From a virus: DNA of 64,000 bases. Position 1 is the first letter of the stretch; every line of letters starts with the position of its first letter. The position numbers and the translations under genes are program-made. The notes below the pieces were generated by a model. It had not been told where the DNA came from and did not search any database. It saw only the letters and a program-made list of their open reading frames with translations. Location: IMG/VR virus record IMGVR_UViG_3300027749_000040, positions 32,001-96,000 of that record; one strand, given 5' to 3'. Shown piece by piece: positions 31,818 to 42,138 of the stretch.

Positions 31818-33121
31818 TTCCTGCAGAAAAAGCACTAACTAGCAAAACATTTTGTACGTACCCTTGGATACATCAATATGTGGGTCCTGACGGCGAAGTA
31901 AAACCATGCTGTATTTATAAACCCAATGGGTCAGGTGTTGGTAATATCAAAGATGCCCCTTTATCTAAAATATGGAATAACGATAACTCAAAGCAAATGC
32001 GGTTGGATATGCTTAATGGTGTAGAAATAGCAGGTTGTTCTGTATGCAATAATAGATCAGGATCATCAACAACTCATCGAGATGAAACTAATGCTCTTTG
32101 GTTTAACAATAATATTGATATAATAAATCAAACTCATTTAGACGGATTTTTACCGGAACATAAACTTAAATACATTGATGCTAGATTTAATAATTTATGT
32201 AATTTGAAGTGTAGAACATGCACTCCTCATTTTAGCACCAGTTGGCATGCAGATTATGAGAAGTTGCGTAATTCGACAGAATCTAATAAGTTCCCCAAAG
32301 CACTGTTAATACCCGGAAACAGTGATGACCATTTATTAAATGAAATACTCCCGCATTTATCTGAGACAAATCGTATCTATTTTGCAGGTGGAGAACCATT
32401 AATGCAGATTGAACACTATAAGATTTTAGAAGAATTAGTAAATCTTAAACACACCGGTACTACCTATAAACCCTTAACAATACAGTATAGTACTAATTTT
32501 AGTTCACTAACTTTAGGAAAACATTTTGTTATTGATTATTGGAAAAAATTTAATAGGGTAATTGTAAATGCTAGCTTAGATGGTAGTCATGAACGGGCTG
32601 AGTACTGGAGAAAAGGTACTAACTGGTCAACTATAATTGAAAACAGAAAAGCCCTTATAAAGAATTGCCCGCGTGTTATGTTTAATATTGGATTTACTTT
32701 GTCTTGGGTAAATGCATTTAACCTATTAGACTTTCATAAAGAATGGGTAAATTTAAAATATATTAATATAGATTCAGTAAATGTTAATTTGCTAGACATG
32801 CCGTTTATGTATTCATTGAAAAATATACCATCATGGAAAAAGAAAAAAATAGAATTAGCTTTTTGTGAACATATTGAATGGTTGACTGAGAAAAAAGCCA
32901 AAGATAGGACTAAAGATCAATTTGTAAATGCCATAAATTTTATGAATTCAATTGCCACTGGAGATGATTTTATTGGAATATTTGATTTTATGGAAACAAC
33001 AGAGCAATTAGATAAATTGCGGAATGAAAATTTCTGGAATGTGTTTCCAGAACACAACGATATGAAAGAATTAATATATGGATCTAACTCCCTACAAAAA
33101 TTGCCTAGCACTAACGAATAG
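31814..33121 (+). CDS. Radical SAM protein with N-terminal Twitch-like domain (#8)
   Basis: CNLKCRTC and AGGEP. N-terminal CTYPW..KPCC..CSVC. Close paralog of #11. Confidence 0.92.
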   Translation: MIPAEKALTSKTFCTYPWIHQYVGPDGEVKPCCIYKPNGSGVGNIKDAPLSKIWNNDNSKQMRLDMLNGVEIAGCSVCNNRSGSSTTHRDETNALWFNNNIDIINQTHLDGFLPEHKLKYIDARFNNLCNLKCRTCTPHFSTSWHADYEKLRNSTESNKFPKALLIPGNSDDHLLNEILPHLSETNRIYFAGGEPLMQIEHYKILEELVNLKHTGTTYKPLTIQYSTNFSSLTLGKHFVIDYWKKFNRVIVNASLDGSHERAEYWRKGTNWSTIIENRKALIKNCPRVMFNIGFTLSWVNAFNLLDFHKEWVNLKYINIDSVNVNLLDMPFMYSLKNIPSWKKKKIELAFCEHIEWLTEKKAKDRTKDQFVNAINFMNSIATGDDFIGIFDFMETTEQLDKLRNENFWNVFPEHNDMKELIYGSNSLQKLPSTNE

Positions 33122-34229
33122 TATCTTTATTGCAAATGAAGAAAATCCATATAGACCCTGTTGCTGGTTTAAAACTTATATTAATGCGACTGATGTTAAT
33201 GATTACAAAAAACAATTAGCTGAAATAGATATCGAAACTAATTGCGATTATTGTATTCAACAAGACAAGGGCGGTTCATATAGTTACAGGCAACAATTTA
33301 ATGATGCTGAAGAATTAATTATAACTGCATCCTTTGACAACTTATGTAATTTAAAATGCATTACGTGTACTCCAAATAATAGCACACAGATTTTTGCAGA
33401 ACGTTTTAAATTCCATAATGAAGCAGATGCTCAATATTTAAAGAATTATATTACTGACGTTGTTAGTAAACAAGCACCTAAAAAAATAGATTTTATTAAA
33501 TCTATGTTAGCAGATGCTACATTTAAAAAACTAAGATTTGATATACTAGGAGGAGAACCATTAATTAACCCTGCTATTTATGAGTTCTTGGACTGGTTAG
33601 TAGAACAACCCTATGCAAAAGAAACAACAGTAGCTATCACAACAAATGGTACAACTTATGATGAAAAATTAATAAAATATATTAGTGGCTTTAAACGCAT
33701 GGGTGTACAATTAAGTATAGACGGAATTGAAGAAGAATTTGAATATCTTAGATACGGGGCCTCATTTGAAACTTTAGAAAAAGTATGCGATTCATTCTAT
33801 GAGCTAACAAAAAAATATGAAACTTTTCATATGGGATCTCATTATACACTATCGTGGATGAATTGTTTAAGATTCCCTAAATTTTTTAATTGGATGCAAA
33901 CTAGGTATCCTGATATAAGTGATATTTATATTAGTAAGTTACAAGAACCTAATCAATTTTCCATTGAATTGTTGTCTTTAGCTCAACGCCAAAAGATATA
34001 TGATGATGTAATAAGTAGATTGAACTCTCCAATTAATGAATCATATAAAAGAACATTATTTTTATATAAAGAACATATGCTAAACACTACATATGATGAA
34101 TTTAATTTAGAAAAATTTACATTTGGATTAGGAATGCTAACCACCTCAGATCGCAAACGAGGTAACAACCATATGAAGATAGTAAAAGATTTTATAGAAT
34201 TTATTGAAATTGAAAAAAATGATAGATAA
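33078..34229 (+). CDS. Radical SAM protein with short N-terminal Twitch-like domain (#9)
   Basis: CNLKCITC and LGGEP. N-terminal C..RPCCWF..CDYC. Confidence 0.9.
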   Translation: MDLTPYKNCLALTNSIFIANEENPYRPCCWFKTYINATDVNDYKKQLAEIDIETNCDYCIQQDKGGSYSYRQQFNDAEELIITASFDNLCNLKCITCTPNNSTQIFAERFKFHNEADAQYLKNYITDVVSKQAPKKIDFIKSMLADATFKKLRFDILGGEPLINPAIYEFLDWLVEQPYAKETTVAITTNGTTYDEKLIKYISGFKRMGVQLSIDGIEEEFEYLRYGASFETLEKVCDSFYELTKKYETFHMGSHYTLSWMNCLRFPKFFNWMQTRYPDISDIYISKLQEPNQFSIELLSLAQRQKIYDDVISRLNSPINESYKRTLFLYKEHMLNTTYDEFNLEKFTFGLGMLTTSDRKRGNNHMKIVKDFIEFIEIEKNDR

Positions 34230-35529
34230 AAAGATTGATGAATTATCAAAAACTTTTTGTAGCGTACCGTGGTTACAAATTCATACAGAACCGGATGGTA
34301 AAGTATTTCCCTGTTGTTATTATACCCATGCTAGTAATTACAATTTAGGTAACTGGAACGAACAAAAAATAAAAGACATATTCCATGGTGACAAATGGAA
34401 TAAACTTAGAAAAGATTTCTTAGATGGAAAAAAGCCTAACGCATGTAATAGATGTTGGAAAGAAGAAGATTCAGGAATTGTTAGTATGCGTCAACGATTT
34501 AATGAACGATATTCAAACTTTCCAGACTATACTAATCAGAACGGATATAATAAATTTGATGATATTATAGCTGTAGGGAATGATGACGGCTCCGTAGAAG
34601 ATATAAAATTGGCTACTGTAGATTTGATATTCAATAACCTATGCAATATGAAATGTAGAACATGTGGTCCCGGCTTAAGCACATCCTGGATTCCTGACGA
34701 AATTAAATTGGGTCGTTCAAAAATTAACCCGGTATCATTGTTGACAAACGAAACGGTCACTCATATGAAAGATGATTTAGTTGCATTAGTTGAGATGGTC
34801 GATCCTTATACTGAGATACACTTTAGTGGCGGCGAACCCATGATGCAAGCAGATCATTATCAGTTCTTGCAATTGTTGCTAGACATGGGCAAAACTAAAG
34901 TAAAAATTCGTTATAACACAAACCTTACAGTGTACACGCTTAAAGAGTACAATGCATTTGAAATGCTTAAAAACTTTGATAATGTATTTATGGTTGGAAG
35001 TTGCGATGCTATGGGCAAGCAAGGTGAATATATTCGTAAAGGATTTGATTGGGAAAAAGCTTTAGAATGGTTAAAGACTTGTAAAGAATATTTACCCAAT
35101 GCTGATTATGGAATAAGTGCAGTGTATAGTTTATTAAATGCTTCAGCATCCGTTGACTTTCATAGATATATGTGCGAAAGTACATTATTCAAACGAAGTA
35201 ACGGTACTAACTTTGGATTCTACTTGAACACATTGCACGAACCTATGTGGTTAAAGACAACTCTATTACCGATAGAAGTTAAAGAAGTAGTTACAGAAAA
35301 AATTAGTAAGCATATTGAATGGCTTAGTGAAACACAACCACATGACTTTCATTATGATGTATACATTGACCATTGGAAGAATGCTATTACATTGATGAAT
35401 AGTGCTGACCATAGCGGATTGATACCAAATTTCTACAAAGAAACACATTTATTAGATAGTATACGCAATGAAAAGTTTGAAGAAGTATTTCCTGAATTAC
35501 ATGAAAAAATGAAAATATATGACAAATGA
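34219..35529 (+). CDS. Radical SAM protein with N-terminal Twitch-like domain (#10)
   Basis: Probable start at ATG 34219. CNMKCRTC and SGGEP. N-terminal CSVPW..PCC..CNRC. Confidence 0.92.
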   Translation: MIDKKIDELSKTFCSVPWLQIHTEPDGKVFPCCYYTHASNYNLGNWNEQKIKDIFHGDKWNKLRKDFLDGKKPNACNRCWKEEDSGIVSMRQRFNERYSNFPDYTNQNGYNKFDDIIAVGNDDGSVEDIKLATVDLIFNNLCNMKCRTCGPGLSTSWIPDEIKLGRSKINPVSLLTNETVTHMKDDLVALVEMVDPYTEIHFSGGEPMMQADHYQFLQLLLDMGKTKVKIRYNTNLTVYTLKEYNAFEMLKNFDNVFMVGSCDAMGKQGEYIRKGFDWEKALEWLKTCKEYLPNADYGISAVYSLLNASASVDFHRYMCESTLFKRSNGTNFGFYLNTLHEPMWLKTTLLPIEVKEVVTEKISKHIEWLSETQPHDFHYDVYIDHWKNAITLMNSADHSGLIPNFYKETHLLDSIRNEKFEEVFPELHEKMKIYDK

Positions 35530-36847
35530 TTTTAATCCAGTTGAAATGGCAAAGAACAGCAAAACATTTTGTATCTTTCCATGGATACAGCAATATGTAG
35601 GACCGCCGGGTGATGTTAAACCGTGTTGTGTATATGACAATCAAGATGAGATTGGTAGTTTAAAAGAAAACACATTAGCAGAAATTTGGAATAACGATAA
35701 GACAAAACAAATGCGTTTAAACTTCCTTAATGGAATTGAAGAACCAAGTTGTAGTATATGTAACCGTCGTGCAGGATTAGGTCATGCACATAAAAATGAG
35801 TACAATAGAATGTTCTTTGACAATGATGAAGAAATTCAAAAAATTGTAGCAAGCACTAATACAGACGGATCATTGGATGAGCACAAACTATACTACATTG
35901 ATGTTAGATATAATAATCTATGTAATTTAAGTTGTCGTAGTTGTGCTCCGCATTTTAGTACTAGTTGGGTAATGGATCATCGCAAATTGTATAACTTAGC
36001 TGAAAGACGAGATAAAGATGATGGTTATCAATTCCCGGGCAAGACAGAAGTACAAGCATTAGAAGAAATAATTCCTCATCTAGCAACAGCTAAAATGATT
36101 TACTTTGCAGGTGGTGAACCACTGATGCAAAAGGAACACTATGAAGTACTCAACAAATTAATTGAGTTTGGCAACACTGATTTAGAGATTCGCTATAACA
36201 CAAACTTCAGTAACTTTAAATTAAAAAAATACGACAATGTATTAGAGTACTGGAAGAAGTTTTCAAATGTACATGTGTATGCTAGTTTAGATGGTAGCCA
36301 TGAAAAGGGTGAATACTGGCGCAATGGTATAGATTGGAAGCAGGTTATAGAAAATCGTACACAAATGATGGAGGAATGTCCTCACGTGCATTTTATGATA
36401 TCATATACTCTAAGTTGGCCTAATGCTTTTAACTTAGTAGAATTTCATAGAGAATGGGCAGAATTGGGATATCTCAAACCAGAACACATGATGGTTAACC
36501 CATTAGACACCCCTTCGTACTATTGCTTGAAAAATATTCCAGATTGGAAAAAAACAGAGATTGAAAAAGCATTGCAAAAAAATATTGACTGGTTAAAATC
36601 TTTAGACCCGACGTTCGGAATCATAAGTATGTATGAGACAGCAATTAAATTCATGTGGGATAAAAATGGGCAATACTACAATGGCATTGACGAGAGTTTG
36701 AAAGAATTCAATAAAATCTCTACCCGATTAGATGAGATACGTGATCAAAGTTTCTTTGATGTATATCCTGAACATATAAACATCAAAAATTATTTGATCC
36801 ATAATGAATTAAATGTTGAATTTGACTACAGCACATCCAAAAAATAA
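35519..36847 (+). CDS. Radical SAM protein with N-terminal Twitch-like domain (#11)
   Basis: CNLSCRSC and AGGEP. N-terminal CIFPW..KPCC..CSIC. Confidence 0.92.
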   Translation: MTNDFNPVEMAKNSKTFCIFPWIQQYVGPPGDVKPCCVYDNQDEIGSLKENTLAEIWNNDKTKQMRLNFLNGIEEPSCSICNRRAGLGHAHKNEYNRMFFDNDEEIQKIVASTNTDGSLDEHKLYYIDVRYNNLCNLSCRSCAPHFSTSWVMDHRKLYNLAERRDKDDGYQFPGKTEVQALEEIIPHLATAKMIYFAGGEPLMQKEHYEVLNKLIEFGNTDLEIRYNTNFSNFKLKKYDNVLEYWKKFSNVHVYASLDGSHEKGEYWRNGIDWKQVIENRTQMMEECPHVHFMISYTLSWPNAFNLVEFHREWAELGYLKPEHMMVNPLDTPSYYCLKNIPDWKKTEIEKALQKNIDWLKSLDPTFGIISMYETAIKFMWDKNGQYYNGIDESLKEFNKISTRLDEIRDQSFFDVYPEHINIKNYLIHNELNVEFDYSTSKK

Positions 36848-38100
36848 TGGAAGAAAAGAAACTATTTAAAATAAGAGATGAGACAAGCGATACGTTTTGT
36901 CTAGCAAAATTTCATGAGGCAAGCATCTGGGTTTACTCGGGTAAGATTGCCAGTTGCCATTATACCCCGTTTATTCAAGTGGGTAATACAGTAGATACAT
37001 TCTATAATCCAGCAGAAAAACGTGAACAACAAAAGAAAATGTTAGCAGGAGAACAACCACCTGCATGTGATAGTTGCTGGCGTTATGAGAATTTAGGATT
37101 GCGTAGTGACAGAACACGCAAGAGTCTAAGTTTTACTGACCATTTAGCCGCAGAAGATTATAAGAATCCTAACTATGTGTTCAAACCCAAAGCATTAGAG
37201 TTAGCATTTCAAAATACTTGTAATTTAGCATGTAGCTATTGTAGCCCGCAATTTAGTACTAGTTGGACCAATGATATTAGAGTAAATGGCGTTTACAAAG
37301 GTATTATTACTGATGATCGCAGACACTATCAAAAGGATATAAACGAACTTAATGAGATGATAGACCCGCCTGATATGACATTGTTCTGGGAATGGTTTGA
37401 GAGTGTTGCTACTGGTTTAGAATCTATTCGTGTTTCCGGTGGTGAACCACTAATGCACGAAGAAGTTTTTCGTGTATTTGAAATGATGACAGAGATAAAC
37501 CCTAACATTGAATGCGTGATACACAGCAACCTCTGCCAAAAGCCAGCAATCATGGATAGATTCTTTGATAAGATTAGTGGATTAACTAATTTACGAATGA
37601 ACATTAGTAATGAATCTGCAGGCGAGACTGCTGAATTTGTGCGTGAAGGTATGATATACACCGAATGGTTGGAGAATATCGAACGACTAGCAAACAGTAC
37701 AGTAAAAGAGTTTAGTGTAAGCACCACTGTAAGTGCAATTGCATTACAATCACTTGACCAAATGTATTTGGACATAATTAATATTCGGAAACACACAAAA
37801 GTAAAACCCTATATCTCTATCAACATGGTTGATAAGCCAGACTTTCAAGGATTTGCTTGTTTAACACGTGAAGAACGTGACTTCTACATTAATAAGTACA
37901 CAAAGTTTTATGATTCAATTAAGGATAAGTTATTACCAGTAGAACATGAACATTGTGCTAGACTGCTTAAGTTTTTAGATGAAGGTTTCATTAAAGAAAC
38001 CCAACCACAATTACGTAAAGACAGTGATATATTCTTTGAACAATATACTCAGCGTAGAAATAAACCAGACAATCTAGCAAAATATATAGGATTAAAATAA
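36847..38100 (+). CDS. Radical SAM protein with N-terminal Twitch-like domain (#12)
   Basis: CNLACSYC and SGGEP. N-terminal CLAKF..SCHY..CDSC. Confidence 0.92.
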   Translation: MEEKKLFKIRDETSDTFCLAKFHEASIWVYSGKIASCHYTPFIQVGNTVDTFYNPAEKREQQKKMLAGEQPPACDSCWRYENLGLRSDRTRKSLSFTDHLAAEDYKNPNYVFKPKALELAFQNTCNLACSYCSPQFSTSWTNDIRVNGVYKGIITDDRRHYQKDINELNEMIDPPDMTLFWEWFESVATGLESIRVSGGEPLMHEEVFRVFEMMTEINPNIECVIHSNLCQKPAIMDRFFDKISGLTNLRMNISNESAGETAEFVREGMIYTEWLENIERLANSTVKEFSVSTTVSAIALQSLDQMYLDIINIRKHTKVKPYISINMVDKPDFQGFACLTREERDFYINKYTKFYDSIKDKLLPVEHEHCARLLKFLDEGFIKETQPQLRKDSDIFFEQYTQRRNKPDNLAKYIGLK

Positions 38101-39272
38101 TGGAACGAATGTATGAAGTAGAGAATGTAAAAAGATTGCATATAGAATTGTCTAGTAGATGTAATGCTAGTTGTCCTGCGTGTAGTAGAAACTATTCAGG
38201 CGGTCCTGTTGCGGATAGTTTGGAACTAACTGACTTATCATTGGATGACATTAAGCGTATGGTTCCCAAAGAGATAGCAAAGAATTTAATTGGTATAAAT
38301 TTCTGTGGTAATGTAGGTGATCCTGGTATGGCACCTGACTTAATTCCTATACTAGAATACTTTAGAGAGCAATCACCAAAAATAGTTCAACAACTTAGAA
38401 CCAATGGTGGTATGCGTAATGACAAGTTTTGGACAACATTGGGTGATTTCTTTGTAAAACAACCACCTCCAAGAGACAATCATTTGTTTAGTAAAGCCGG
38501 AGTTGTATTCAGCGTAGACGGGCTAGAAGATACAAACCATATATACCGAAGAGGTGTTATATGGGACAAACTAATTAGAAACATGAGAGCTTATAGTGAC
38601 ACTGGCGCTTTTGCTGTTTGGGAATGGTTATTATTCGAACACAATGAGCATCAAGTTGAAGAAGCAAGAACAATAGCTAAAGAATTGGGATTTGAATTTA
38701 TTGTTAAAAACCCATTAGGTTTTGGTGAGTATGAAGATACATTAAGTGGGATGAATGTGTACGGTAAAGACGGGGACTATGAGTACACTATATGGCCTAG
38801 TAAATATACTGGGCATAGAAAAGAGCCGTTGTTTGGTAAAAAAGTTGATTTTACTTACATGAACAGATTAACTATTCCTATCTTACCTGAGTTTAGTAAA
38901 GAATTAGAAAAGAATTCAGATATAGTTTGTAAGTCTATTGAGCATAAGGAATCTAAAGAAATATACATATCAGCAAATGGATATATGTTACCGTGTTGTT
39001 TTTTAGGTGGAGTGTTTGGTCAGTTTCATAGTTCATATTCACGCTATCAATTTAACAAAATGATTAATGATTATGGATTAGAAGTTTTTAATTTAAAAAA
39101 TCAATCAATATTGGATATTATTCAAGGTCCTGATTTTAGTAAGTTCTTTTTAGATGGATGGAAAGCAGATACAATTGAGAATGGTAAATTGTTATATTGC
39201 TTAGAAACATGCGGGCACAAGTCTGCTATGGACAAATTATATAGTACAAAAATTATAGAGGTGGCTAAATGA
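38100..39272 (+). CDS. Radical SAM protein with C-terminal SPASM/Twitch-like domain (#13)
   Basis: N-terminal CNASCPAC and CGNVGDP. C-terminal C..IYISANGYMLPCC..CLETC (conventional domain order). Confidence 0.9.
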   Translation: MERMYEVENVKRLHIELSSRCNASCPACSRNYSGGPVADSLELTDLSLDDIKRMVPKEIAKNLIGINFCGNVGDPGMAPDLIPILEYFREQSPKIVQQLRTNGGMRNDKFWTTLGDFFVKQPPPRDNHLFSKAGVVFSVDGLEDTNHIYRRGVIWDKLIRNMRAYSDTGAFAVWEWLLFEHNEHQVEEARTIAKELGFEFIVKNPLGFGEYEDTLSGMNVYGKDGDYEYTIWPSKYTGHRKEPLFGKKVDFTYMNRLTIPILPEFSKELEKNSDIVCKSIEHKESKEIYISANGYMLPCCFLGGVFGQFHSSYSRYQFNKMINDYGLEVFNLKNQSILDIIQGPDFSKFFLDGWKADTIENGKLLYCLETCGHKSAMDKLYSTKIIEVAK

Positions 39273-40000
39273 AAATAGGTGTATTTGGTGATAGTTTTGC
39301 AGATAGAACGCCGTACAATCCAGAGAGCCCCTTCAAAGAAGATGAGTCGTGGATTGCCGATATGGAATCAGCCGGACACAAGATAACATCGTACGGAAAA
39401 ACAGGAACTTCTACGTGGTATTCCTTTCAGCAATTTATAGCGCACTGTGAACAATTTGATCACATTGTGTTCTGCTACTCATCACTTCACAGAATGCATC
39501 ATTTACCGGATGGGCTAGAAGATTTGAGTTTTCTAACAACCCCTGATGAGTTATATTCATTGAGAAGAAATAAAAATTTATCTAAACAACAAGAATTAGA
39601 AATGGTTAGAATATTGACTGGACATGTACCTAACATTTCAGTGCCTTTTGATATTTGGATAAAGCAAAAAATATTTAATGATGTAAACTTAATGTGTTAT
39701 AGTAAAAATATTAAACTTGTAAATCTTCTTACCTTTGATGATAGAAAAGATAAACATACTACTATATCACTGGAAGAAAGACACGGAGAATGTTTATATA
39801 ACTTATTTGCTGTAAGTAAAAAAGAGTTACCTACTATGGGTGATGTAGATAATAGATGGTGTCATCTATCTAAGGAAAATAATATAGTATTGTCTAACAT
39901 TATATTTAATTCTTTAATCAGCGAAGATAAAAACATTATTGATTTATACAAAAATACTAATTTTTTATATAACAAAGAAATTACTGCGAGGTATGAATGA
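39269..40000 (+). CDS. SGNH/GDSL hydrolase-fold protein (putative acyltransferase/esterase)
   Basis: GVFGDSF block I, YGKTGTS block II and a C-terminal His (RWCHLS). Confidence 0.6.
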   Translation: MKIGVFGDSFADRTPYNPESPFKEDESWIADMESAGHKITSYGKTGTSTWYSFQQFIAHCEQFDHIVFCYSSLHRMHHLPDGLEDLSFLTTPDELYSLRRNKNLSKQQELEMVRILTGHVPNISVPFDIWIKQKIFNDVNLMCYSKNIKLVNLLTFDDRKDKHTTISLEERHGECLYNLFAVSKKELPTMGDVDNRWCHLSKENNIVLSNIIFNSLISEDKNIIDLYKNTNFLYNKEITARYE

Positions 40001-40749
40001 GTACACTTGATAGAATAATAGTGTTAGGTGATAGTTATACGTTTGGACATGGCTGTTCGGACAGAATATACTATTATGACGAAGACCTTAAAAAATTTGT
40101 AGGAGATATAACTCCTATGCAACAGTGTATTCCTAGCGAATACTGTTGGCCAGCACTATTGCAAAAAGAATTTCCTAATTTAAAAATATTTAATTTATCG
40201 CAACCCGGTCATTGTAATCCGGGAATGTTTAGAGATTTATCAGAATTTTATTTCAAAAATGGTCATAAGTCAAATGATTTGGTTATTTTCAACGGCACAT
40301 TTCCAGATAGGATAGAAGTTAAAACTATGTATACTGACGATGAAATTGGATCATGGTCGATTAAATGGGAGTATATGTCAGGTGGACAAGATTTTAAAGA
40401 ATATATTTCAGCCCAAAAGGAATATACTAAACACTTATATCATGAAAAAATAGGTATTAATCTAACATTAAGTTCTTTGTTTAGTATACATGGTTATACC
40501 ACAGTCAATAGACATAATTTTTTATATAGCATGCCTGATTATTTACTTAAAACATTACAAAGGCACGTAGAACCATTATCAAAGTATAATATACCACCTA
40601 TCCATAATTATGATTTTTCAAGTGAAAACAACTATCAATTCAATATAACATGTCAAGCTAAGGACACACATACCAACGAAAGGGGTCATGAAATTTATTA
40701 TGAAAAAGAAATAAAACCCCGTATAGAAAAATTTATAAGTAAACAATGA
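39997..40749 (+). CDS. SGNH/GDSL hydrolase-fold protein
   Basis: VLGDSYT, NLSQPG and DTHTNERGH. Confidence 0.65.
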   Translation: MSTLDRIIVLGDSYTFGHGCSDRIYYYDEDLKKFVGDITPMQQCIPSEYCWPALLQKEFPNLKIFNLSQPGHCNPGMFRDLSEFYFKNGHKSNDLVIFNGTFPDRIEVKTMYTDDEIGSWSIKWEYMSGGQDFKEYISAQKEYTKHLYHEKIGINLTLSSLFSIHGYTTVNRHNFLYSMPDYLLKTLQRHVEPLSKYNIPPIHNYDFSSENNYQFNITCQAKDTHTNERGHEIYYEKEIKPRIEKFISKQ

Positions 40750-42050
40750 AAAAAACATTCCCTATACAAAACGATGCCGCTTGTCTCTACAAATGGGCTT
40801 GGAGTACCTTATTTTTAAGTAGAGGCACTACTTCAAGTTGTCATAGAGGTCGTCATTGGAGATTGACTGAAGATAACTTTATGGATTTTCACAACCATCA
40901 TGGTAAACTCGCTGATAGAGAAAAAATGGCAAGTGGTGAATGGCCTGGTAACGGTTGTGAATATTGCAGAGACATTGAAAAGACCGGTGGCAAAAGTGAT
41001 AGGACCGGATTTGTCAACGAATCAATTGAATTACTACCCCCGGAGTTTGAAGGATATGTACAACGTGCATATGAGTTTGATAGTATTCCATTAAAAGTTA
41101 GCCCCACCTTGCTTGAAGTATACTTCAATAACGTATGTAATCAATCATGTGTATATTGTACCCCCGGTTTTAGTAGTCAGATTGAACAAGAAGTTCGTAA
41201 ATTTGGACCTAGCAAATTTAATGAAGATTACAGCACATGGCGCCCAGACTCTAAGTATGAAATGTATAAGGAGAAGTTTTGGGAATGGATGGAAAAGAAT
41301 AGCGAACACTTGCAAATTTTACAAGTATTAGGCGGAGAACCGTTATATCAAAAAGAATTTGAGCAATGCTTGGATTTCTTTGACAGAAATCCTAGACCAA
41401 ATTTAGTCTACCGCTCGTTCAGTAATCTAAAGCATGAACCTGAAAAGTTCAAAGCAAAAATTCAACGTGTGCAAAACTTAATAGATCAGGGAAAATTAAA
41501 ACGTATGGAATTTGTCTGTAGCATTGATTGCTGGGGGCCGGAAATTGAATATGTGCGTGATGGATTAATATTAACTGAATGGGAACAGAACCTAAATACA
41601 TTATTACATTCCCCGGGCGTAGGCGTATTGATTCACGCCACTCTTACTGCATTGACATTGCCCACCTTACATCAGTTAATAGAGAAAACAAATGAATGGC
41701 GCACGATTAAATCTACGGTTGGTATTAATTGGAACACTGTGGTTAGACCCTCAACATTCAATCCATATAACTTTGGTAAATATATAGCACCTTTTATTGA
41801 TGCATCGATTCAAGCGTTAGAAAATTATAGTGATCCCATCGAAAAAGAAAAACTACAAACTCATTTAATGGGAATACAACAACAACTATTGACTACCCCT
41901 GCAAACAAGAAAGAAGTTAATGATTTTGCTAACTTCTTAACTGACATAGACAAACGTAGAAATAGAGACTGGCAAGCAATATTTCCTCAGATTGTAGATA
42001 TAATAAATACTATCAACAAAGAGGAGCCGGATCATGTTCAAGTGGATTAA
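40746..42050 (+). CDS. Radical SAM protein with N-terminal Twitch-like domain (#14)
   Basis: CNQSCVYC and LGGEP. N-terminal CLYKW..SCHR..CEYC. Confidence 0.92.
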   Translation: MKKTFPIQNDAACLYKWAWSTLFLSRGTTSSCHRGRHWRLTEDNFMDFHNHHGKLADREKMASGEWPGNGCEYCRDIEKTGGKSDRTGFVNESIELLPPEFEGYVQRAYEFDSIPLKVSPTLLEVYFNNVCNQSCVYCTPGFSSQIEQEVRKFGPSKFNEDYSTWRPDSKYEMYKEKFWEWMEKNSEHLQILQVLGGEPLYQKEFEQCLDFFDRNPRPNLVYRSFSNLKHEPEKFKAKIQRVQNLIDQGKLKRMEFVCSIDCWGPEIEYVRDGLILTEWEQNLNTLLHSPGVGVLIHATLTALTLPTLHQLIEKTNEWRTIKSTVGINWNTVVRPSTFNPYNFGKYIAPFIDASIQALENYSDPIEKEKLQTHLMGIQQQLLTTPANKKEVNDFANFLTDIDKRRNRDWQAIFPQIVDIINTINKEEPDHVQVD

Positions 42051-42138
42051 AAATTTATATCACAGTATAAAATCGGAAATTCGTTATCGTAAACGATTAA
42101 AAGAATTACGCAAAAGAGATCCCTTCATCTACAAATGA
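42034..42138 (+). CDS. 34-aa basic micro-protein ending DPFIYK (not in the ORF track)
   Basis: MFKWIKNLYHSIKSEIRYRKRLKELRKRDPFIYK*. SD GAGGAG at 42021-42026. ATGA-coupled to the next gene. Confidence 0.75.
   Translation: MFKWIKNLYHSIKSEIRYRKRLKELRKRDPFIYK

Noticed and set aside
22440-42050. Known cofactor or base-modification rSAM pathways (MoaA, QueE, PqqE, NrdG)
   Set aside because: Partner genes for those pathways are absent from the window, and the N-terminal Twitch architecture does not match them.
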